A stretch of DNA of 64,000 bases, taken from assembly GCF_035084215.1 (NCBI RefSeq), contig NC_090346.1:15624001-15688000 (forward strand). The letters run 5' to 3'. Both the position numbers and the translations under genes were made by a program. The notes under the pieces were generated by a model. The model was given only the letters and a program-made list of their open reading frames with translations, ran no database searches and had not been told where the DNA came from. Each line of letters begins with the position of its first letter. Within the stretch, counting starts at the first letter, position 1. Shown here one piece after another: positions 25,114 through 37,864 of the stretch. Source of the DNA: Heptranchias perlo. Its lineage: Eukaryota.

Positions 25114-26082
25114 CAAAAGCAAAATACTGCAGATGCTGGAAATCGGAAATAAAAATAGAAAATGCTGGAGAAGCTCAGCAAGACAAGCAGCATCTGTGGA
25201 GAAAGAAACAGAGTTAACGGGCTCGATTTTAAACGTAAATTGTGGGTGCATTGGGGGCGGGGGGGCTGCAAAAATTGCAGAAATGCAGAGCGGGTTCAGA
25301 AGCTGGCTCCAACCCGCCGACTTCCGAGTTCTCCACAGACGCACCAGTGTGCACGCGGGCATCCCGAATCCGGAAGTCCCACAGCAATTAAAGCCGGCAA
25401 GATGATAGTTAAAGAACCAAATGCACCTCATTGAGGTACTTAAGGCACTTGTGACATATTAGGTATTTAGAATGATTTTTAACTTACCTGGGCGGCTTTC
25501 TCACGGCTTCCGATTCATGCCTGGAAACCAGGCATGAAGGGCTGGATCAGGCAAAAAAGAAACAAAATAAATTAAATAAAAAACCATTGCACGAAGTTAA
25601 AACACATCAACCTAACTTTCCACCCTGCTCCGATGTACGATATGTCCCTCTCCAATCTCCCCTTTTTCACCCCTCCCCCCCGTTGTCCCCCTCCAATGTC
25701 CCCCTCTTCACCCCCCCCCGATCTCCCCCTCTTCACCCCCCCAATCTTCCATTCCAGCGCCAGATGACTTTTTCTCCCCCCCCCCACCCCCAGCCCTCAC
25801 GTTGCAGCTCCTGTCGACCTATCAATCAGGCTGGCTGCCGGGCGCGGATCCCGGAAAGAACTTTAATCACCATCAATTATATTGTGATCGCGTTGGAAAC
25901 AATAAGTTTTGTTTATTCGGGTTTGCCATGCGCACCTTCACCCCCCCACCGCCCCCCCCCCCCCACCACCGCCAACCCGTCACCATTTCAAAATTGAGCC
26001 CAACGTTTGACAAAAGGTCTTCGACCTGAAACGTTAACTCTGTTTCTTTCTCCACAGATGCTGCCTCACTTGCTGAGCTTCT
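25114..26082. mobile_element. Penelope pseudo-LTR fragments in inverted arrangement, hosting a MITE
   Basis: Arms ~25114-25218 and ~26005-26082 are reverse complements over ~50 bp and match 20270-20360. A 15-bp TSD ctaa(c/t)atctctttat lies at 25099-25113 and 26083-26097. Confidence 0.75.
25219..26001. mobile_element. Non-autonomous PIF/Harbinger-type DNA transposon, 783 bp
   Basis: TIRs gggctcgatttt / aaaattgagccc with a 3-bp TSD aac on both sides. Confidence 0.78.
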
Positions 26083-27189
26083 CTAATATCTCTTTATGTG
26101 GTTCAGTGTCAAATTTTGTTTGATAACGCTCCTTTGAAGTGCCTTGGGACGGTTTACTATGTTAAAGTTGCTATTTAAATGCAAGTTGTTGTTGAGGGTC
26201 TTCCAGTCCTTAACACCATCCAGTAATGTACACGAGATCCACAAGCCAGGTCCTAACCCCTTTAAAGATTATCTCAGATAAAGTTAATCAAATGCACCAC
26301 AACCTCCCCTGCAACTGAGTCCTGGTCAGTGATTGGAGTCACACCTCAGGACCTGTCTATATCCAGGTTAACTGGCCCTTTGACTAGTTGGTAACCATAG
26401 GGCCTTAGGAGATGGTCACTGACCACTCTTTATGTTTCCTGAAAGCTCAGGACACTAATCTGTTAACAGGAAATGAAAAGTTCGATATCAGTCTTCCTAC
26501 TATGGAAGGAGCTGGCACTCCAAAAGACAAACTTTGAGAGGAGCCCTTACTCTTCCATGGTGGAATGGTCTCTGAGGCAGTGATCTGAATGAGATGCATT
26601 ACTTATTTAACCACTGTCATTTGTGTTTTGCGATGAAGCCCAACACACTCACATTTTCTACTGCACTTCTCCATCAGCATTATTCTGCTTTGATACTTCC
26701 CACGGGCAACATCTAAAGATCTACTAAGGATGCTCGTGTATCTCTCTTCACATCCCATAAAATAGTGATTTATGGAGCAGCTTTGTACTGCTAAACTGGC
26801 TGAATGTTCTAGTTGTTGTGTGAACTCCTTCCTCATCATAGCTATGGGCTACTGACTGCTCCTGCCAGGCTGCTCTTGGAGTTCTCTGCAGCGACCGAGA
26901 TTCTGCCCAGCTCTCGGTGATTGATTATAGACAGAAGAATTTGCCATATGCCATGTTGTTCAATGTTGCTTCTAGTCATGGTCTCAACCACTGGAGCAGC
27001 CTTTTACAATAATTCATTCCTGGGATGTGGGTGTCGCTGGCAAGGCCAGCATTTATTGCTCGTCCTTAGTTGCCCTGAGAAGCAATTTTTTAATACAACC
27101 AAGTGGCGTGCTAGGCCACTTCAGAGAGCAGTTAAGAGTCAACCATGTTGGTATAGGACTGGAATCACATTTAGACCCCTTAGACCCCT

Positions 27190-27672
27190 CAGTATGTAGC
27201 ACTCACCCCTCTGAGTCAGGAGGTTCTGGGGTCAAGTCCCACTCCAGAGACTTGAACACACAACCTAGACTGACACTCCCAGTGCAGTACTGAGGGAGTG
27301 TTGTACTATCAGAGGTGCTGTCTTTTGGGTGAGATGGTAAACTGAGGCCCCGTCTGCCCTCTCAGATGGACGTAAAAGATCACACGTCACTGTTTCAAAG
27401 AAGAGCAGAGAGGAGTTCTCCCTGGCGTCCTGGCCAATATTTATCCTTCAACCAACATGACTTAAATAATAAACAGATAATCTGGTCATTGTCACATTGT
27501 TGTTAGTGGGACCTTGCTGTGCCCAAATTGGCTGCCGCATTTCCTACATTACAACAGTGACTACACTTCAAAAGTACTTCATTTGCTGTAAAGTGCATTG
27601 GAACGTCCTGTGGTTATGAAAGACGCTGTATAAATGCAAGTCTTTTCTTTCTTTTCTTTCTTTTTCTTTTCT
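27190..27672 (+). mobile_element. DeuSINE (SacSINE1-like), near full length
   Basis: tRNA-like head; gagggagtgttgtactatcagaggtgctgtctttt; Deu-like domain (taaaagatc...cctggccaat); L2-like tail tataaatgcaag followed by (ctttt)n. Confidence 0.8.
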
Positions 27673-28376
27673 TTCAGGTCTCTCACTCTTTATAATACAA
27701 TTGAAATGAGCCTGTTACTTGGGCTGTGGAGTAGTGCATGCTGTAGATCTTGCTGTGAGCTGCTGGCTCTGTCCTGTGATGCAGGGCTTTTTTCTGCTGT
27801 AATTGCAGACTCTAATTCTGCTGATAGCACAGGAGCAGCAGATGGTGGTGCCTGAGGCCTGGACCGTGTTGTATTTGGAAATGGGCCTTATCGCAGTGGA
27901 ACAAATGAAGCCTTAACCAGCCTTCTTCAGGCTTCCAGCTGTTACCAGGCAGATTTCCATTGATTTGTGGAGTGTATTTTTTTCCCTCTCATAACCTGTC
28001 AGTCGAATTATGCCTCTTCCCTCTGGCGTTCACATCTATCTGCTTCTCCAAAACTATTGCTTCACAACACCATACTGGGGAGGGGGAGGTGGGAAGTGGG
28101 AGTGCCATCTGTCAGTTCCAGTCTAACTCGCTAACGGTGGGTATGTTTCCATAACTGGGCCTGGACCCGTCAGCATCTGCTGTCCCCCCGACATGGCACT
28201 CCGCAGGGTGACCTTGCCGTGGCACGTGTCTCCAGCCATAATCCATGTCCTGGCAATCAGTGGTGCAGTTTGCTGGAGCACTGACAAATGATCCTGATGT
28301 GTTTTAAATCGGTGTTGGCTCTATGCAGTTGCTGCAGCGTCTGACACAACTAATAAAATCATTTCTGTCTTTCCAG

Positions 28377-28457
28377 ATCATTGCCTACCAGCCGTATGGA
28401 AAGTCTGTGGATTGGTGGGCATATGGAGTGTTACTGTATGAAATGCTGGCAGGGCAG
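28377..28457 (+). CDS. PRKCB: Protein kinase C beta, coding exon (~exon 14)
   Basis: tttccAG|...|GTaatg, 81 nt. Encodes [27 protein letters not shown]. Confidence 0.97.
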
Positions 28458-28489
28458 GTAATGATTCCAAAATTCAAAGTCTTCAGAAA

Positions 28490-29568
28490 GGTTTTTGGAC
28501 TGGAGGAAGGTATACAGTGGTGTTCCCCAGGGGTTGGTACTAGGACCACTGCTTCTTTTTTTGATGATGTGGAGATGCCGGTGATGGACTGGGGTGATGG
28601 ACTTTTTTTGATATAAATGACTTGGACTTGGGTGTACAGGGCACAATTTCAAAATTTGCAGATGACACAAAACTTGGAAGTGTAGTAAACAATAAAGATG
28701 ATAGTAATAGACTTCAAGAGGACATAGACAGGCTGGTGGAATGGGCGGATTCATGGCAGATGAAATTTAGCGCAGAGAAGTGCAAAGTGATACATTTTGA
28801 CAGGAAGAACGGGGAGAGGCAATATAAAATAAATGGTACAGTTCTAAAGGGGGTGCAAGAACAGAGAGATCCGGGGGTAGATGTGCACAAATCTTTGAAC
28901 GTGGCAGGACAGAAAGCGGTTAAAAAAGGGATCCTGGGCTTTACAAATAGAGGCATAGAATACAAAAAAAAAGGAAGTTATGTTGAACCTTTATAAAACA
29001 TTGGTTCAGCCACAACTAGAGTATTGTGTCCAATTCTGGGCACCGCACTTTAGGAAGGAAGAGAAGGCCTTAGAGAGGGTGCAGAAAAGATTTACGAGAA
29101 TGGTTCCAGGGATGAGGGACTTCAGTTACGTGGATAGAATGGAGAAGCTGGGGTTGTTCTCCTGAGAGCAGCGAAGGTTGAGAGGAGATTTGATAGAAGA
29201 GTTCAAAATCATGAAGGGTTTAGATAAAGTAAGTAAAGAGAAACTGTTCCCATTGGCAGAAGGGTTAAGAACCAGAGGACACCGATTTAAGGTGATTGGC
29301 AAAAGAGCCAAAGGTGACACGAGGAAAAACCTTTTTTGCAGCGAGTGGTTATGATCTGGTATGTGCTGCCTGAAAGGGTGGTGGAAGCAGAGTCAATCAT
29401 GGCTTTCAAAAAGGAATTGGATAAATACTTGAAGGGAAAAAATTTGCAGGGCTACGGGGAAAGAGCACGGGAAATGGGACTAACTGGATTGCTCTTACAA
29501 AGAGCCGGCACGGGCTCGATGGGCCGAATGGCCTCCATCTGTGCTGTAACCATTTTATGGTTCTATGA
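28490..29568 (+). mobile_element. CR1 3' fragment (RT end plus tail)
   Basis: Motifs ISKFADDTKL and PQLEYCVQFWAP; tail gggccgaatggcctcc...ggttctatga. Confidence 0.85.
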
Positions 29569-29694
29569 GTAATTGGAATAAAAGTTTATGGCAATGGAAT
29601 GGAGAGAGGGAGCAGAGACTGCTGGAGGGAACAGAAACTTTTTTATATAACTGGTCTACAAGGTAAACAAGGATACCAAGCAACTGGGTGGTAC

Positions 29695-30080
29695 ATGTGT
29701 GGACCTGTGTGTGCACGTGTATGTCTGGGTCTGTCTGTGTGTGTGCGCATGTACGTCTGGGTCTGGGTCTGTCTGTGTGTGCGCGCGTGTATGCCTGGGT
29801 CTGTCTGTGTGCGTACGTGCGTGTCTGGGTCTGTCTGTGTGTGCGTACGTGTGTGTCTGGGTCTGTCTGTGTGTGCGTACGTGTATGCCTGGGTCTGTCT
29901 GTGTGCGTACGTGTATGCCTGGGTCTGTCTGTGTGCGTACGTGTATGCCTGGGTCTGTCTGTGTGCGTACGTGTATGCCTGGGTCTGTCTGTGTGCGTAC
30001 GTGCGTGTCTGGGTCTGTCTGTGTGTGCGTACGTGTGTGTCTGGGTCTGTGTGTGTGTGCGTGTGTGTCGGTGTCTGTGT
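29695..30080 (+). repeat. 30-32-bp TG-rich minisatellite (gtgtatgcctgggtctgtctgtgtgcgtac)n
   Basis: Exact 30-bp period across 29881-30000. Confidence 0.95.
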
Positions 30081-30153
30081 CTCTCCACTCACCGTATTTA
30101 CACACATAACATTACAGCTTTCAACTTTTGCCCTTTTTTCCTTTTTCCTCCAG

Positions 30154-30261
30154 CCCCCTTTTGATGGCGAGGATGAAGATGAGCTTTTCCAATCTATCAT
30201 GGAGCACAATGTAACTTACCCCAAATCAATGTCCAAAGAAGCAGTGTCCATTTGTAAAGGA
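30154..30261 (+). CDS. PRKCB: Protein kinase C beta, coding exon (~exon 15)
   Basis: Long pyrimidine tract, then cAG|...|GTaagt, 108 nt. Encodes [36 protein letters not shown]. Confidence 0.97.
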
Positions 30262-30548
30262 GTAAGTGTTGATTGAGTGAGTGCTACATTCAGTAGAAGG
30301 CAAGCACTGGCGTAGCTCAGTAATGTGCTAAATGTCAGGGAGTTTGGGACGGACTCAGAACAAACAATCTCTTCAAATCTTCCCGGATGCATTTTCCATA
30401 CAGACCCTTGCAGGGGGAACCCTCACCTCTATAATATAAATGTGCACATTAATATCTCCTCCCTGTTACTGTTACAGCAAAGTAAATGCAGCTCCGAGGA
30501 ATTTCACGGCCCACGTTTTTTGCCACCTTGGTGTGTCCTGTGGAGTTG

Positions 30549-31748
30549 TAATGTACAACTGACATGTTATATAGTAGGTTATAATACTATATAATGTACA
30601 GCTGATATGTTATATAATAGTTTATAATACTATATAATGTACAGTTGATATGTTATATAGTAGGTTATACTACATAATGCTTAGCTGATATGTTATATAG
30701 TAGTTTATAATACTATATGATGTACAACTGATGTTATATAGTAGTTTATAATACTATATAATATACAGCTGCTTTATAAAGTTTATAATACTATACAATA
30801 TACAGCTGATATGTTATTATATAGTAGGTTATAATACTATATAATATGCAGCTGATTTTTTTTTATTCGTTCATGGGATGTGGGCGTCATTGGCGAGGCC
30901 AGCATTTATTGCCCATCCCTAACTGCCCTTGAGAAGGTGGTGGTGAGCCGCCTTCTTGAACCGCTGCAGTCCATGTGGTGAAGGTTCTCCCACAGTGCTG
31001 TTAGGTAGGGAGTTCCAGGATTTTGACCCAGCGACGATGAAGGAGCAGCGATATATTTCCAAGTCGGGATGGTGTGTAACTTGGAGGGGAACATGCAGGT
31101 GGTGGTGTTCCCATGTGCCTGCTGCCCTTGTCCTTCTGGGTGGTAGAGGCCGCGTGTTTGGGAGGTGCTGTCGAAGAAGCCTTGTCGAGTTGCTGCAGTG
31201 CATGGTACACACTGCAGCCACGGTGCACCGGTGGAGAAGGGAGTGAATGTTTAGGGTGGTGGATGGGGAGCCAATAAAACGGGCTGCTTTGTCCTGGATG
31301 GTGTCGAGCTTCTTGAGTGTTGTTGGAGCTGCACTCATCCAAGGAAGTGGAGAGTATTCCATCACACTCCTGACTTGTGCCTTGTAGATGGTGGAAAGGC
31401 TTTGGGGAGTCAGGAGGTGAGTCACTCGCCGCAGAATATCCAGCCTCTGACCTGCTCTCGTAGCCACAGTATTTATATGGCTGTTCCAGTTAAGTTTCTG
31501 GTCAATGGTGACCCCCAGGATGTTGATGGTGGGGGATTCGGTGATGGCAATGCCATTGAATGTCAAGGGGAGGTGGTTAGACTCTCTTGTTGGAGATGGT
31601 CATTGTCTGGCGCAAATGTTACTTGTTATAGAGTAGCTTATATAATCCTATATAATATATAGCTGAAATGTTATAGAACAGCTTATATAATACTATATAA
31701 TGTACAGCTGATATGTTATATAGTAGGTTATAATACAATATAATATAG
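30549..31748 (+). repeat. AT-rich ~41-bp minisatellite split by a LINE insertion
   Basis: tataatgtacagctgatatgttatatagtaggttataatac units at ~30549-30856 and ~31626-31748. Confidence 0.8.
30857..31625 (-). mobile_element. LINE family B 3' fragment
   Basis: ORF 30919..31566 is nearly identical to the C-terminal part of 8401..9168. Confidence 0.88.
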
Positions 31749-33829
31749 TGCTGAGAGCAGCATCTTCTGAAGTAAATACTGGAGGTTTAAACATCCCAGA
31801 TGGGTTAGCCATCAATCTGCATAACCAGGTGCACACATAGACTGTACACATGAAAGACATGAGGGAGTATTCAGCATGAATGCACAATTTGCCAGGGATT
31901 TGCTTCTAATCTGCTTCTACTCATCTACTGGCAAATCAAAGCACTAAATGGCTTGCTCCTCTCTTAGGCTGAATTGAATCGTCCAGAAGCCACTGCAAAT
32001 TGGAACGACACAAATCTATCTGTCAGCTTTATTTCCCATCATGTCACTCAAACCGGAAAGTAGAAAGCTGTCAATGACGAGATCATTATTGCAGCATCTG
32101 TTAGCTGCAGTGCAATGACTTCTCATGACTATTGGATCAGCTACTGCAAAAATAAAACCAAAAAAACTACAAGGCCAGCAGTTTCACTGAGTGAAGTGTG
32201 TGGCCGAGTTAGTGTTCACAGAACTATTGGAGTTGAAGCGTAGGATGGGTGTGGATAAGGGTGATATGAGAAATCTCTAAATACTCCCTCTAGGTAATGA
32301 GCTTTTATTGGACACACTGTAAAAATCTAAACTTACTGTCAACTCTTTAACAAACTGATCCTTACAACAAAATTAAACCAATTAAGCTCATGTAGGTAAA
32401 GATTTCTTTAATGTATTATATGTGCCATGAAACAATTAGAGATGAGTCACTCCCTGAAAGCACTGAGGTGGTTGTAGCCCTTACGTTAGTCCGCCTGCCT
32501 GAGAATGTTCTTTAAACATCATACAGTAACTCGTGTGTCTGTGTAGAATCCCTATGTGGGTCATTCGTGTCACGGGCTCATTCATTTATCCCTTGTGAAG
32601 GTACGCTCAGTTCCATTATTAGTCCTATCAGCTGTCAGCTCCTTTCTCTTGGTAACAATTCCTGCCGGACAAGAAACGTATTAAACTATGGTGTTGGAAT
32701 GAAAGAGCTGTGTTTTTGATTTGCTTTACTGTGATCTAGAAGTATTCCCCAAAATACTGTGATTTGAAGAACTCCAATCAGTTATTCACCATTAGAGGTG
32801 TCCGTCAGCTGAATGGGTGGGACAATTCATGGTATGTGACTGTTGGGACTTACAATATAGTCCTGAATAATAACAGGCTTGGACACTAGAGGTAGATTAC
32901 CTTCACAGATTCATTGAACATTAGGAAATTATTACAAGCAAGCAATACATCTATATACTCATGAATAGGATACCCATTGGGGACTGAGATCTTCCCCTAT
33001 CTAAGATGGTTCTTAATCTTGAGTAACATAGAGCATACAACTCCGTCCCATATTTATATCTCTTACTAAAACTCAACCTACTTTGGTCACATGATATCAC
33101 AGAATCTTACAGCACAGAAAGAGGTAATTCGGCCCACCGTGCCTGTGCTGACTCTTTAAAGGAACTATCCAATTAGTCCCACTCCTCCACTCGTGATGTA
33201 GCCCTAGCACCATGTGCTATCCCTTTGTCTAAACCTGACTTAAACCAGTTCTGCAGTATTGCACATGACCTGTTTCAGTGCAAAAACTGCTAGCTGCTGT
33301 GTCATGTTCTTCAAAGCTTATCTAGTGTTCATACTTTTCCATCATGTGCCCAGCATGAGAATGTGCATGGACTCCTCATAGCAACCACAGATTGATTTTA
33401 ACCTATTCACTGCCAACAGTGACTTAACCGAACACCACTGCCTGTCTCGTGGTAGAATCTGCATCTTGAGGATGGGGAGCATGTGACACAAGATGCTGGA
33501 GCACTAACACGTGCTAGCTCACAGTGAGAGACAACCAAGTTGCCAATCCTAGGTGCTATTCACACCTGCATCTCTTCCACAATATTTTACTGATGATGAA
33601 CACCTAAACTCGCTCCAGTTCTGCATGGTTCGGGTGGGTGTTAACCCTCCACGCTTGCCTCCCACTGGTTCAATGCCCACAGACTAAAATCAGCTCAACA
33701 GGACCTTAAGTAAATTTCAAAGGCTGCTACTGAAAAGCAATGTGAACTGAAGGTAAACCTGGTGTGCATAAGGAAATTGACAGAAGGAATAGGTTGCATG
33801 GCTTTTATTAGGAGAGTGATGTCAGCAAG

Positions 33830-34460
33830 CTGAGTGGGTGTCCCAGAGAACTATACTGGGCCCTCGATTGTTTTCACTTTATATTTTACTGACTTGGATT
33901 CCAACCCAATGCAAGTGGACAGATTCACAGATGATATTAAACAGTTGGGGCAGTTGACTTGGATAAAACCAGAGACCTACAAAAGGTGTTTGATAAAATC
34001 TGTATGTGGGCAGATGAAATTTAATACAGACAAGTGAAAGGTACTGTACATTGAAAGGACGTTATGAGGATAACATGGATGGGGTAGAAATAGCTAAAGG
34101 TGAAAAGGCTCCTGGCTGTAATAGTAGATTCCACACTTAATATATCAAATTACTGCGGGATAGCAATAAATAAAGCAAGTCAAATGCTGAATTATATCGC
34201 AAGGTCTGTTGAGCATGTTGGTGCCCTGGTCATCAATGTGTTTAGTCTTGATCACCAAGGGAAACATTCAAGCCATGCAGGAGAGAGAGGAGCCACGAGG
34301 CTGATTCCTGGTATCAAAGGATTGAGTTGCAAGGAAAGACTGGAGAAATTTTGGCTCTAACCTTGAAAGGAAGTGACTGAAAGGGCACCTTTTATAGAAG
34401 TGTACTAGATATTAAATGGGATAGATAAGGTAAATCTGGAGCATTACTTCAAGAAATGAA
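33830..34460 (+). mobile_element. Highly degraded CR1 RT fragment
   Basis: Residual motifs GVP..GP, RFTDD, QMKFNTDK and RATRLIPGIKGLS..ERL. Confidence 0.55.
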
Positions 34461-34467
34461 GAAAGGA

Positions 34468-34785
34468 TTTGAATTTATAAAGCGCCTTTCATGACTTCAG
34501 GACTTCCCAAAGCACATTACAGTCAATGAATTACTTTGGGAGTGTAGTCGCTGTTGTAATGTAGGAAATGTGGCTGCCAATTTGCACACAGCAAGGTCCC
34601 ACAAACAACAATGAGATAATGACCAGTTAACCCGTTTTTTAGTGATATTGGTTGAGGGATAAATATTGTCCAGGACACCAGGGAGAACTCCCCTACTCTT
34701 CTTCGAAATAGTGTGCTGGGATCTTTTACGTCCACCTGAGAGGGAAGACGGGGCCTTAGTTTAACATCTCATCCGAAAGACGACT
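34468..34785 (-). mobile_element. DeuSINE fragment
   Basis: Reverse-complement match to ~27325-27640. Confidence 0.8.
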
Positions 34786-35049
34786 GACAAAGAATGACAG
34801 AGCCCTACCACAAGGGGCATTGGAAAAAACTGGTGCAAGGACAATTTAGGCATGATTTCATTTCTTCATACAAAGTGTGAACAATAATTGAAGTGGTCTT
34901 TAGCTAGAGTAATGGAGGTGACTCTGCCTTACAAGATAGATGACATGTTGGAGAATGCATGTTTTTTTAAATTCTGGATAGTTGAGCTAAGATGAGTGGG
35001 ATGGTCGTCTTCATCGGTATTTATTTTGTGATCTATTTTCCGATCACAG

Positions 35050-35190
35050 CTTTTAACGAAGCATCCAGCCAAACGCCTGGGATGTGGGCCTGAAGGCGAG
35101 CGAGACATCAAGGAACACGCATTTTTCCGATGGATTGATTGGGAAAAGTTGGAACGCATGGAAATTCAGCCTCCGTTCAAACCAAAGGCG
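35050..35190 (+). CDS. PRKCB: Protein kinase C beta, last shared coding exon (~exon 16)
   Basis: tcacAG|...|GTaagt, 141 nt. Encodes [47 protein letters not shown]. Confidence 0.97.
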
Positions 35191-35284
35191 GTAAGTTGAA
35201 TTTGGCCCTCCCTCCCCAGGGGCAGAGAAACAGAAAACAAAGGTGGAATAACATCTCTGTGCCTGTCAATTAATGCTATCTCAC

Positions 35285-36965
35285 AGTGCCACTCCCAATA
35301 ACCAGACTCCCCATACAGGCTCCCCGACTGTACCACTCCCGATAACCAGACTCCCCATACAGACTCCCCGACAGTATCACTCCTGATAACCAGACTCCCC
35401 GACAGTACCACTCCCAATAACCAGACTCCCCTTACAGACTCCCCGACAGTACCACTCCTGATAACCAGACTCCCCGACAGTACCACTCCTGATAACCATA
35501 CTCCCCATACAGATGCTCCGACAGTACCACTCCTGATAACCATACTCCCCAACAATACCACGCCCGATAACCATACTCCCCATACAGACGCCCAGACAGT
35601 ACCACTCCTGATAACCATATTCCCCATACAGACTCCCCAACAATACCACTCCCAATAACCAGGCTCCCCGTACAGACTCCCCGATAGTACCACTCCCGAT
35701 AACCAGACTCCCCATACAGACTCCCCAACAGTACCACTCCCGATAACCAGACCACCCGACAGTACCACTCCTGATAACCAGACTCCCCGACAATGCCACG
35801 CCCAATAACCAGACTCCCCGACAGAACTACTCCCGATAACAAGACTCCCCGACAGAACTACTCCCAATAACCAGACTCCCCGACAGAACCACTCCCGATA
35901 ACAAGACTCCCCGACAGAACCACTCCCGATAACAAGACTCCCCGACAGTACCATTCCCAATAACCAGACTCCCCGACAGAACTACTCCCAATAACCAGAC
36001 TCCCCGACAGAACTACTCCCGATAACAAGACTCCCCGACAGAACTACTCCCGATAACAAGACTCCCCGACAGTACCACTCCCGATAACCAGACTCCCCGA
36101 CAGTACCACTCCCGATAACAAGACTCCCCGACAGTACCACTCCCGATAACAAGACTCCCCGACAGTACCACTCCCGATAACAAGACTCCCCGACAGTACC
36201 ACTCCCGATAACCAGACTCCCCGACAGTACCACTCCCGATAACAAGACTCCCCGACAGTACCACTCCCGATAACAAGACTCCCCGACAGTACCACTCCCG
36301 ATAACAAGACTCCCCGACAGTACCACTCCCGATAACCAGACTCCCCGACAGTACCACTCCCGATAACAAGACTCCCCGACAGTACCACTCCCGATAACAA
36401 GACTCCCCGACAGTACCACTCCCGATAACCAGACTCCCCGACAGTACCACTCCCAATAACAAGACTCCCCGACAGTACCACTCCCGATAACAAGACTCCC
36501 CGACAGTACCACTCCCGATAACAAGACTCCCCGACAGTACCACTCCCGATAACAAGACTCCCCGACAGTACCACTCCCGATAACAAGACTCCCCGACAGT
36601 ACCACTCCCGATAACAAGACTCCCCGACAGTACCACTCCCGATAACAAGACTCCCCGACAGTACCACTCCCAATAACAAGACTCCCCGACAGTACCACTC
36701 CCGATAACAAGACTCCCCGACAGTACCACTCCCGATAACCAGACTCCCCGACAGTACCACTCCCGATAACAAGACTCCCCGACAGTACCACTCCCGATAA
36801 CCAGACTCCCCGACAGTACCACTCCCGATAACAAGACTCCCCGACAGTACCACTCCCAATAACAAGACTCCCCGACAGTACCACTCCCGATAACAAGACT
36901 CCCCGACAGTACCACTCCCGATAACAAGACTCCCCGACAGTACCACTCCCGATAACCAGACTCCA
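35285..36965 (+). repeat. 31-bp minisatellite (cgacagtaccactcccgataacaagactccc)n, ~1.7 kb
   Basis: actccccg at 36061 and 36092 gives period 31; the 5' part is more diverged with longer variant units. Confidence 0.95.
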
Positions 36966-37671
36966 GTACAGACTTCCTGAAAGTGCCACAGCCTAACGCT
37001 GCCCCATGAGGACCCTCGGTGCAAGCTAAACAATGAAGTGAAGCAGCAGGGTTAAAATGCTGAGCGAGAGTGAGCATATGAGCAGACTGTGCTGGCTTTC
37101 TAGTATTTGTTATTTTATGGAATTTGAGGCCTCGTGGTTTGTGATTTCCTTGAATCCCCTCAACTCAGACATTACAGCTTTCAAGGTTAGCAGGAACCTG
37201 AGTCTGCATCTCGTGATCACAGACCCCTCCTATGAGGACAAGGTTTGATATGTCAGCCCTTTCCACACCAGTGCGATTGTCTTACACAAATTAAATTACA
37301 AAATATGTTTAAAAATAGTTTGGGATTTTTGGGGGTGGGGTGGAGAGTTCCAGAATGTTCTGAAGGAAATCTGATTTGTACAGTAGAAGTGAATCACTAA
37401 ATGATTAGGGTGATGTTCTGTCTGATGTTTCAGTGTGATTTTGGGATGCTCAGCAGAATGTTTAACATAGATTCATAGTGAGGCAAGTCTGCACAATCTG
37501 CAGTTTTATATTAACTAGTGTAAGCAGGTGCCTTCATTGAAAACATACCAGCGATCAGTAACATCAGCCTGTAAACCAACACTCAGAACATTGAATTGAC
37601 AACCTGTATCACTGAGTTTGTGTCTCCTTATATCAGCCTCGCTGGCTGTGTGTGTATATTCGTGGGTGTGT

Positions 37672-37864
37672 TAGGGTTGCCAACTCTGGTGGACATATTC
37701 CTGGAAATTTCATCACATGACCTCCCACTCACTCAAACTGCCATTTTTCCCCAGCTCCAATATTTTTATAACTAATAAACTTTCTTTCTCCTGGGTTGCT
37801 CACAGCAGTGTCCAGGGAGATTAATCTTTAATTCCTGGTCAATCCTAAAGGGTTGGCAACCCTA
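37672..37864. mobile_element. hAT-type MITE, 193 bp
   Basis: TIR tagggttgccaac / gttggcaacccta; 8-bp flanks gggtgtgt and gtgtgtgt match at 7 of 8 (TSD). Confidence 0.8.

Larger units (their letters stand above)
24848..26194 (+). mobile_element. L2 3' fragment split by nested insertions at 25114-26082
   Basis: Colinear with ~4235-4635 on both sides of the insertion. Confidence 0.8.

Noticed and set aside
29555-30276. 225-aa ORF ending in PKC sequence, suggesting an alternative N-terminus
   Set aside because: Minisatellite read-through into the exon at 30154, which has a canonical strong acceptor.
35166-37077. 264-354 aa minus-strand ORFs with repeating SGVVLSGSLVIGSGTVGESCYREWYCRG
   Set aside because: A 31-bp unit cycles through all three frames without stops, giving the same peptide in each; repeat artefact.
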